Positions 57,160-64,000 of a stretch of 64,000 nt of DNA are shown in pieces. The stretch is taken from the sequence record NC_061449.1; one strand, given 5' to 3'. The position numbers and the translations under genes are program-made. The notes below the pieces were generated by a model. That model was given only the letters and a program-made list of their open reading frames with translations, did not search any database and was not told the DNA's origin. Position 1 is the stretch's first letter; each line of letters begins with the position of its first letter.

Positions 57160-58130
57160 TCGCCGCTACTAATCTCTTTCAGGCTGTTCTTGATTGCCTT
57201 ACGCAACGTCTTGCCTGTGTCGATGCCGTCGATGTGACGAGCGAATACGTTAGCGAACAGCGTGGTTGGATTTTTCATAATCGCTTTATCAAGGTCAGGA
57301 CGACCCTCAGCGATTTGCATTTCACCAGGCCAGAGTTCTGCTACTGCCGCGCTGTCAGTCGCTGCGATCATTTCCAGTTCGCGGACAGAGATAGAGTTCT
57401 GTCGCGCGATAGTGCGGAAAATCATGTCAACAAAAGGCAGCAGGTCTTCGGACACAACGTTCTTAACGTCTTTCGCGTCACCAGCTCGTTGGAAGTCTTC
57501 AAGCAGACCAGTAAGAGTGCTCAGGTTTAGGCGCTGCACATTGCGCAGTTTCTTGAACAGCAGCATCCACTTGACCTTGCGCTTAGAACTCAGCAGGTGC
57601 GTCCACACTGATTCACCGAGAGCGATCATCAGTTTGTTGTATACGTCAACCGACACACAGTCACGATCAACGAACACATTGATCTCGTCGTGCCATTCGT
57701 CCTTGCGGAACTTAGAGCGGAACGAGTGTGTCTTCGAACCAGACTGCTGGATGAAGTTGATTTGCTTGCAGCGACGAACCGCTTCTTGCAGATTGTACTT
57801 CTCGATAATCTTCGGAAGTTTCTTGACTGCGATGCGACACGCTTTAGCGACTTCGGCCTCACGCCCATAAAGAGCAAGACGAGGCAGACCGCCATAGACA
57901 GGCATCGAAGCATATGGTCTGACAGTCACACCACATACTGACATACCTGGCTCTGGGTCTGGGCCGAGAACAGCAAGCACGTCACCAGCTTTAGGACTGA
58001 ACTTAATTGTTTCTGGTTCAGGCGAACCAAGCGTATTAGCCAGAAGGCCAACAGTTTTGCCGGTTGCCAGAACAAGATGATTTTTATTACCCTGTCTTAC
58101 GACAACGTAATCTCTTTCACTATGTTTCAT
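57156..58130 (-). CDS. Hypothetical protein, possible inactive zincin-like fold
   Basis: 'ALGESVW' where HExGH would lie; 'TLFANVFA' where E-x-FAE would lie. Confidence 0.45.
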   Translation of the reverse strand: MKHSERDYVVVRQGNKNHLVLATGKTVGLLANTLGSPEPETIKFSPKAGDVLAVLGPDPEPGMSVCGVTVRPYASMPVYGGLPRLALYGREAEVAKACRIAVKKLPKIIEKYNLQEAVRRCKQINFIQQSGSKTHSFRSKFRKDEWHDEINVFVDRDCVSVDVYNKLMIALGESVWTHLLSSKRKVKWMLLFKKLRNVQRLNLSTLTGLLEDFQRAGDAKDVKNVVSEDLLPFVDMIFRTIARQNSISVRELEMIAATDSAAVAELWPGEMQIAEGRPDLDKAIMKNPTTLFANVFARHIDGIDTGKTLRKAIKNSLKEISSGE

Positions 58131-58141
58131 AACGGCCTTTA

Positions 58142-58660
58142 TTAATAGAGTGAGTCAACGATGTGGTTAACGTGAACCTGCGCTGTGTGACCGCGACAGG
58201 CGCGTCCTTCGGTTTGTTCGAACGTTGCAGGGCGCCAGTTCTCTGCGAGTTCAACGGAGACGATAACTTGTTCATCCCACATATCTCCGTCTTCAAGAAC
58301 ACCTGCGATCATGCGAAAAGCCGCCGGGCAGTCTTTGCCTAGATGCGACAGTTGAGCAATGATGACATGAGGCTTGGTTCGATCTTCGAGTTCATCGAGC
58401 GCCCAGCCAAGTTCAGACAGAGAACGAATTTGGAATGATTCTACTTGAGAATTTCCACGATACTCGTCTGGTCCGAAATAAACAATTTCAAAATCGTTGA
58501 CGTCGGTTTGACTAACAAAAAAGTGAGGCGCGTCCACCAAAATAGAAGGTGCGGCGCGCATCTGGAGAAAGCCCATATATGGGTATGGAACATCACGGAC
58601 TTCTACCGAACATGACTTCCCAGCAAAACTTTGGATTATGCTGTGTGCGAGATTATTCAT
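58142..58660 (-). CDS. Hypothetical protein
   Basis: Probable start MNNLAH at 58660 (GAGG RBS). Confidence 0.55.
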   Translation of the reverse strand: MNNLAHSIIQSFAGKSCSVEVRDVPYPYMGFLQMRAAPSILVDAPHFFVSQTDVNDFEIVYFGPDEYRGNSQVESFQIRSLSELGWALDELEDRTKPHVIIAQLSHLGKDCPAAFRMIAGVLEDGDMWDEQVIVSVELAENWRPATFEQTEGRACRGHTAQVHVNHIVDSLY

Positions 58661-58667
58661 AGTAACC

Positions 58668-58859
58668 TCATTTCTCAGGAGGAGTGAAGGGGCTTTGAGC
58701 ATAGCTATACCCATAGCTTACCATTTTGTTTTGCTGACGCTTCGCATTCTGCTTACGCTTGGCCTCGGCTTCACGTTTGTCCAGCTCGTCAAAGATACCT
58801 ACGCGACGGGCGTAACGAAACTTAGGATGCACGGAGATATGTTTGACGATAGCTGTCAT
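58668..58859 (-). CDS. Small basic hypothetical protein
   Basis: GAGGA RBS. Confidence 0.55.
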   Translation of the reverse strand: MTAIVKHISVHPKFRYARRVGIFDELDKREAEAKRKQNAKRQQNKMVSYGYSYAQSPFTPPEK

Positions 58860-58869
58860 TCGTTATTCC

Positions 58870-59340
58870 TCAATCGGGTTTTTCAAGTTGTCTGTCGATG
58901 AAGTACATCATATCATCGTCTTCATCTTCAGGGTCGTACAAGTCCAGCTTTGGAAAATTCCAAGCGACCTCTACTTCATATCGCCTTAGTGCGAACATTA
59001 TCGCTGCGTCAATTTCTCGATAAACGCATTCGAAAGGCTTTAAGTAAGGATAGGACAGGCATAAAGTTTTTACTGGCTCGGGCGGGCAAGTCTTCAACCA
59101 CGGAACTATCTCAGCGAGAGATTTCTCCAGTAGTTCTTTACTTCCGTACTTAGGCCAATCCTCAAGAAGAAGTTTCGTTATGTACTTCTTTCGATTCTTA
59201 GCGAGAGCCGCATATTCCATAGTAAGGAATTTCTCAATGCCTTTCTTCGGAACAGTTTGTTTCTTTGCGGCTAGAACGATTTCAAGTTTGACCGCGATAC
59301 GCAATCGAGCCATCTGACTGCATTTAACTTTCGGCATCAA
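58870..59340 (-). CDS. Hypothetical protein
   Basis: Start overlaps the previous stop (ATGA). Confidence 0.55.
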   Translation of the reverse strand: MMPKVKCSQMARLRIAVKLEIVLAAKKQTVPKKGIEKFLTMEYAALAKNRKKYITKLLLEDWPKYGSKELLEKSLAEIVPWLKTCPPEPVKTLCLSYPYLKPFECVYREIDAAIMFALRRYEVEVAWNFPKLDLYDPEDEDDDMMYFIDRQLEKPD

Positions 59341-60968
59341 TCGTCACCCATAAAATCAAGGGTATCAGAGAATTTCTTAATGATGAATTTCGCCTTCGCC
59401 GATTTGACGTCGCCCTTAGACTTCATTAGAGCACCGTCGTGTTCAAGCGAGTAAACGATTTCAACATTACCACTTAGAATCGCTTCAAATAAATGACTCG
59501 ACTCAATGCCAGATATGCAATGACTCATGGTTCGTCGTCGTACCTTACGGGACGAAATACATTCATCGTGCTCAAGCACATACTTGGCTCCGGTATCGCA
59601 GGTCAGCAACATACCATCAGAGGTGTAGCGGAATCGCTTGGAATAAATATCACATAGCTGCTGGAGCGCAGTAATAAAATGCTTGCAGTCTATGTTCCAC
59701 GATTCCACAAAGTCATATACCTCACTCAGATTTTTAAAGTGAGGCCTCAATGCCATGACAGCACTCGCTTTAGGACTTTTGACTAATCTGTCCGCGCTGA
59801 ACAACGTACCATAAAAACAAATCTTCACCAGCTTCTTCGATAGGCGGGTGTTATTTGGGTTAGCTTTCTGGAGCTTGTCCACAATGTCATTTACAGAATG
59901 CACATCGTCAAGGAACGGACATACAATGCCGTTGTCGGCGAACTCCTTACGGATGATATTGAGCTGGCTGCTCTCCATGTCCCAGTTATCACCGATAACA
60001 CTACACGCCTGTTTAAGAACAGCGGGGAAAGATTGGAATCCACCGCCTTGCTCAAACAGACGACCACCGACCTTAGCTATTGTGTATGCTGGGTAGTAGC
60101 GAATAATCAACGGCTCTTCGGACACAATTTGAATTGGTCCTGAGAGAATAGCCTGAAGACAACTCATTACCTGATGATATTGCTTGAGAGCTTTGCGTGT
60201 ACCTCTAAAACTCTTAACAGTCAGGTAATCAAGAATCGGGTCAATAGCAATTTCGTTTGGCCCTATCTTCTTCAACACCGCTGTATAAAGTTTACGTGCG
60301 GCCCTGTCACGATTAGATTTCAATCCGTACTTAGCTTCGCCTCCCGATAGGTCATGCTTGCGCGGCTTAAACGGTTTGTTAGCGGCAGCGCTTATCATCT
60401 CCAGAATCGTTTGTCCAAACCGCTCTTGAACCGCTTTGAGCGGACTATAGAGTCGAGTGAGTTCGAGAATCTCACGATTAGACTTCGGGCGATTGGGATA
60501 CATCGCATCCAAACACCGACGCTTAATGCGAAACTCACGACAGCGACCAGGTGACGTCGGGGTTTTCTTCTTGTACCGCTTATAATCCATAACGTTAGCG
60601 ATAAGCCATTCGAGGGCGCGACTGAAATGTTTCTCAGTCCGTTCCCACCGAGGCCCTACAGGACCTCTTAGCGTGTTTTCACAACCGAATACCATCGGAA
60701 GCTCTTTGACACCAAGTTTTCTGCTGAACGGTACCCAGACAGCACCAAATTTCTCAAATTTCTTTCTTTTTGTTGGATATATCGACGATTGCAACACATG
60801 CCAGAAGAATAGATTGATCTGACGTCGATATTCTGCCTCATGCTTTTCCGGTCCATCGTACGGGCATTTCTCAACGACGTTATCGCGTACCCACACAAGA
60901 GGTTCTAACTCCTGGTAGGTAGGGTTGCGCGTCAAGACGGCTTTGCCTTTTTTCATAAAAGAAGACAT
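59337..60968 (-). CDS. Second, divergent family A (T7-like) nucleotidyl-polymerase-fold protein lacking exonuclease
   Basis: In order: 'GGRLF....FQSFP', motif A 'NWDMESSQLNII', motif B 'KKLVKICFYGTLFS', 'SHCISGIES' and motif C 'LEHDGAL'. Probable start MSSF at 60968 (AGGAG RBS). Confidence 0.65.
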   Translation of the reverse strand: MSSFMKKGKAVLTRNPTYQELEPLVWVRDNVVEKCPYDGPEKHEAEYRRQINLFFWHVLQSSIYPTKRKKFEKFGAVWVPFSRKLGVKELPMVFGCENTLRGPVGPRWERTEKHFSRALEWLIANVMDYKRYKKKTPTSPGRCREFRIKRRCLDAMYPNRPKSNREILELTRLYSPLKAVQERFGQTILEMISAAANKPFKPRKHDLSGGEAKYGLKSNRDRAARKLYTAVLKKIGPNEIAIDPILDYLTVKSFRGTRKALKQYHQVMSCLQAILSGPIQIVSEEPLIIRYYPAYTIAKVGGRLFEQGGGFQSFPAVLKQACSVIGDNWDMESSQLNIIRKEFADNGIVCPFLDDVHSVNDIVDKLQKANPNNTRLSKKLVKICFYGTLFSADRLVKSPKASAVMALRPHFKNLSEVYDFVESWNIDCKHFITALQQLCDIYSKRFRYTSDGMLLTCDTGAKYVLEHDECISSRKVRRRTMSHCISGIESSHLFEAILSGNVEIVYSLEHDGALMKSKGDVKSAKAKFIIKKFSDTLDFMGDD

Positions 60969-61360
60969 TCGAATCTCCTGAATCACTTCTTTCGTTCATT
61001 TTCTTCTTGTTGTTTACAGAAACCTCTTGCGCTACAAGGCGATACAAGGCAGGTAGAAGAACAAGCAACGCTGGGCGATCGAGCGGCGCGCTCAAGGCAC
61101 GGGATATACACATACAGCTAGGGGCTTTAGGCGCACTCCGTTTTTGAGATAGCAAAAGGATAGAACCATGCTTATATGCGCTATAACCCATGCTCTACAT
61201 GCCCAAACATACGCGTAGGAGCGATCTCAATTTTCAAAAAGATCTCCCCGAAACCATGTAAATTTTTTTGAATTTGGGCGAGATTTCTGTCCATTTTTTA
61301 ACCAGTAGACGAAAAACAGAGGAAAACCCGAATAAAATCAAGGACTTTCCTCCAGTTTCG

Positions 61361-61993
61361 TTACTTTTTCTGCGAAACGCGCTTCCCTAACTTCACTCCA
61401 ATCTGCGTCAGAATGCGCTTAACGGTCTCTCCGTCATGCTCCGCCATAGCGTTTGCGAGCCTTTCGCCCTGTTCGCGCGATAGCTCAGGCATAATCATTT
61501 TAAGCATCTGCGAGCGCATTTTAGCAGACTTTGAGCGCCCTTTCGACGTTGAAACACCAGCCTCGTCGAGTTCCTCTGCTACGCGGCTCATGGTGCGCTG
61601 CACACGACGATCAGCGAAGATATCAGCGAATAAACTGCCGAACAACTGCTTAAAGTTGCCCTGTGCGTTAGGGAAACCTACCGTTTGTGTGCAGTGCGTA
61701 GATTCAACCTGATTCGTTGTGCGTCCACCAGCACGGAAGTTCTCGTCAGGGCGCGACGCTTTACCCTCTGCGCCCGGCTTAGTGTTGCCGTTACGCAGAT
61801 CAGCATCGCCTTCGACAGCTTTATCTGGGTCAAACATGTCGTCAGCTTTCGCGCTTTGATTTGCATCAAACGGAATCTTGCCTGTCAGCTTATTCGGGTC
61901 TGGCCAGCTATCTGGGATATCTGATGCAGGCTGAGGTTTGTTTGTCATATCACCGTTTGATGCGCCGTTCAGACTGATTTTAACGAGTGCCAT
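61361..61993 (-). CDS. Putative head/scaffold-associated protein
   Basis: AGGAG RBS; 'MALVKISLN' leader-like N-terminus; disordered middle, helical C-terminus. Confidence 0.5.
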   Translation of the reverse strand: MALVKISLNGASNGDMTNKPQPASDIPDSWPDPNKLTGKIPFDANQSAKADDMFDPDKAVEGDADLRNGNTKPGAEGKASRPDENFRAGGRTTNQVESTHCTQTVGFPNAQGNFKQLFGSLFADIFADRRVQRTMSRVAEELDEAGVSTSKGRSKSAKMRSQMLKMIMPELSREQGERLANAMAEHDGETVKRILTQIGVKLGKRVSQKK

Positions 61994-62002
61994 TGTTTTC
62001 TC

Positions 62003-63112
62003 CTAGAGAATTTTGAAGCCTTTGAAAATGTTGTACGCAATCTCTTTGCGCTGTACAGGACGAGTGACGCACACCCATTCCCACTGATCGTTCTTCGCTG
62101 TGCGTTTCTTCGGTGCCTCCATAACTTTCAGCACGTAGTTTTTGAAAGGCAGAACGAGAATGTCTTCTGGTTCAATCGCGCCGCTACGCGCTGGCAGCAC
62201 GACCGTGATGTTGCCAACAGTCAGCTCCTGATCGTAGTTCAACACGTTTGCTTCTTCGCTGATGTTGCCCTTAACAGGAGGCACACCCAAGTCGAAGATC
62301 ATTGTGATGTGCGTGAACGCCTCAATCCCTTTGACGCGAATCGTTACGTGCTTGCCTCGCCACGGCTCCAGATTCTTCGCTGTCAGTTCGACTTCAACGC
62401 CGTTCACAAGCAGCATAGGACGTGGGAAAGCAGGTAACATACTTTCGTTTAGACGTACCGAATAAGTCGCCTGCGTAAAGTATTTTGGGATAAGCTGATC
62501 AAAATCAGCGTAACCTTCTTTGCGAACTTGTCTGAACGTCGCAGGGCTGGTGGACTGATCGAGCGTATAGCCTGTCAGTTCCTTGATGTGATAGTGGGTA
62601 GCAACGTTGTAGACGAAGCCTGTGCTAATGAAGCCGGGCACTACACCCTGACGGTAACAGATACCGCAGTTTGCAACGTTACCACCATCCCATTTAACGT
62701 CGAACTCTTCACCGGCATCAACGCCCATAATGTCTGCTGCGTCCATGACCGCGTTCATACCGTCATCAATATCATCGAGGCTAACTGCTTGACGCCCACC
62801 GCCAAACATTCCTTTTGATACTGTGCCGATTTTAACGCCGCCATTCATTGCGTCAGACTCACGGCCGAGAGATTTCACTCCGGCCGGTATGTTGTCCATG
62901 ATATCGTTCTCAACCTTGTTGCAACTACAGGTGAGACCCATCTTTGCTTTCTTGAAGATAACGATATCGGTGGCATCTACCTGCAATGCCTGTTCGACTT
63001 TTGACTGTACTACCTTCTGGACGGAATCGAGGCGTCGTTGGACGCGTTCCGTTTCGTAGGTCTTGTGCCGGTCATAAGTATTTCGTGGTCTTCCACGTTC
63101 AATCCAGCTCAT
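62003..63112 (-). CDS. Putative neck/head-closure protein with CxC...CxxC motif
   Basis: 'GLTCSC' ... 'CGICY..G...GF' as seen in large-myovirus neck proteins; CTAATTT upstream; AGGAG RBS. Confidence 0.45.
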   Translation of the reverse strand: MSWIERGRPRNTYDRHKTYETERVQRRLDSVQKVVQSKVEQALQVDATDIVIFKKAKMGLTCSCNKVENDIMDNIPAGVKSLGRESDAMNGGVKIGTVSKGMFGGGRQAVSLDDIDDGMNAVMDAADIMGVDAGEEFDVKWDGGNVANCGICYRQGVVPGFISTGFVYNVATHYHIKELTGYTLDQSTSPATFRQVRKEGYADFDQLIPKYFTQATYSVRLNESMLPAFPRPMLLVNGVEVELTAKNLEPWRGKHVTIRVKGIEAFTHITMIFDLGVPPVKGNISEEANVLNYDQELTVGNITVVLPARSGAIEPEDILVLPFKNYVLKVMEAPKKRTAKNDQWEWVCVTRPVQRKEIAYNIFKGFKIL

Positions 63113-63212
63113 AGAAGTTCTCCTCTGTGTGCTTGAAATTAGTGACTAAAAATTTAGGACCTTCGACCCGGCAAATACTTATTTAATCGTATGTTAAATC
63201 ACGGAGCCTAAC

Positions 63213-63761
63213 ATGCGTATTCTCTCAGGCGACCCGGGAAAGGTTAACTTCGCGTTGTCTGTTACTGAATTTACGGACAATCGCATTAACATACTCGGTA
63301 CGCGGATGTTTCAGCATCCAATCCAAAACCTTCATTACGATATGCGCGATCCTGTCAAAGAGTTCATGAAAGAACTTGAAGACATATGGAAGCGCTATGG
63401 ACCGTTTGATGCGATGTGCTTCGAGCGTTTTCAATCTCGTGGTTTAGGCGGTAACACCATTGAAGCAATCTCACTTATGCTTGGTGTGCTGTCCATGTTC
63501 GCGCTGAAAAAGAATTGCCCTATCAGTTTGATAACGGCAAGTCAGTGGAAGAACGCGTTTAACCGCACGATGAACCTCAAAGAGTATTACGCGCATTACA
63601 ACCTTACGTCCAAAAAGAGTCGCAAAGCGATTCATGAATTTGATGCAAGCCTTATCGGCATGTATACCTTCTATCGCCACACGAACCGGAAACCTTTCGT
63701 AGGCTTCAACAGAATTGTTGATGTATACGTTCCGAAGTTCTTGGCTGCACCTGTACTGTGA
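63213..63761 (+). CDS. ruvC: RuvC-fold Holliday junction resolvase
   Basis: 'ILSGDPGKVNFA', 'CFERFQ', 'SQWKN' and 'HEFDA' acidic catalytic pattern; GGAG RBS. Confidence 0.8.
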   Translation: MRILSGDPGKVNFALSVTEFTDNRINILGTRMFQHPIQNLHYDMRDPVKEFMKELEDIWKRYGPFDAMCFERFQSRGLGGNTIEAISLMLGVLSMFALKKNCPISLITASQWKNAFNRTMNLKEYYAHYNLTSKKSRKAIHEFDASLIGMYTFYRHTNRKPFVGFNRIVDVYVPKFLAAPVL

Positions 63762-63768
63762 GGCAAAC

Positions 63769-64000
63769 ATGGAACATGAACAACTGCTCGCTCTCGTTAA
63801 AGATGTAGTGTCCGAATTCGGTGAAGCAATCTACCTCGATCGTGGTCAAGTCGGACACAACAGCGAAAGCAACGCTACGCTGGAAACTCTGTTCAGCGTT
63901 AAGTCTGACGCTGCCGGTACTACGCTGGCGCAAGACCTTCGCGCTAAGATCGCAGAGCATCTGGAAAAGCTGAAAGCGGAAGGTATGACCCGCAACTACA
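63769..64000 (+). CDS. Hypothetical protein, truncated by the window end (MEHEQLLALV...)
   Basis: GAGG RBS; open frame to the end of the window. Confidence 0.6.
   Translation, partial: MEHEQLLALVKDVVSEFGEAIYLDRGQVGHNSESNATLETLFSVKSDAAGTTLAQDLRAKIAEHLEKLKAEGMTRNY

Noticed and set aside
382-62818. Numerous plus-strand ORFs in the track (e.g. 1606..3069, 6571..7734, 49505..50755, 32102..32878)
   Set aside because: They are antisense shadows of well-supported minus-strand genes with biased codon usage. They lack RBSs and recognisable motifs.
1-64000. Alternative genetic code or introns/inteins in core genes
   Set aside because: polA, sbcC, dnaX, sheath and SNF2 read through uninterrupted in the standard code, with no intein (C...HN) or homing-endonuclease insertions seen.

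Overview
A 64 kb segment of a large lytic myovirus genome, most likely a jumbo phage of Gammaproteobacteria. Gene content resembles the PaBG/Lu11/Erwinia Y3 type of jumbo phage, but this is an inference from recalled family features, not a database hit. Genes are densely packed and on the minus strand until a strand switch at ~63.15 kb. Virion genes: Ig-repeat fibre module, tail sheath, neck-like proteins and many putative head-internal proteins. Replication/recombination genes: family A DNA polymerase with an N-terminal UDG-like domain, beta-clamp-like and DnaX-like proteins, UvsW/UvsY-like pair, separated SbcC and SbcD, 1950-aa SNF2 helicase and RuvC. Lysis and accessory genes: GH108 lysozyme, candidate holin, DHH, J-domain, SLOG, Tlde1 and HAD proteins. 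The most notable signals are: (1) a second, exonuclease-less PolA/T7-fold polymerase-like ORF (59337-60968); (2) a shared N-terminal peptide (MEIxVSLS / SxS-A) on about 12 otherwise unrelated proteins, resembling a capsid-targeting and cleavage signal, whose cargo includes an ADP-ribosyltransferase-like protein and the SNF2 helicase; (3) two non-sigma70 upstream motifs (CTGTAAATA and CTAATTT) that mostly separate replication from virion genes; (4) a five-member paralog family with conserved ends and variable cores; (5) a highly structured non-coding element at ~55.3-55.5 kb. No tRNA, rRNA, CRISPR array, integrase or transposase was recognised. All protein calls come from motifs read by eye, with no searches run.
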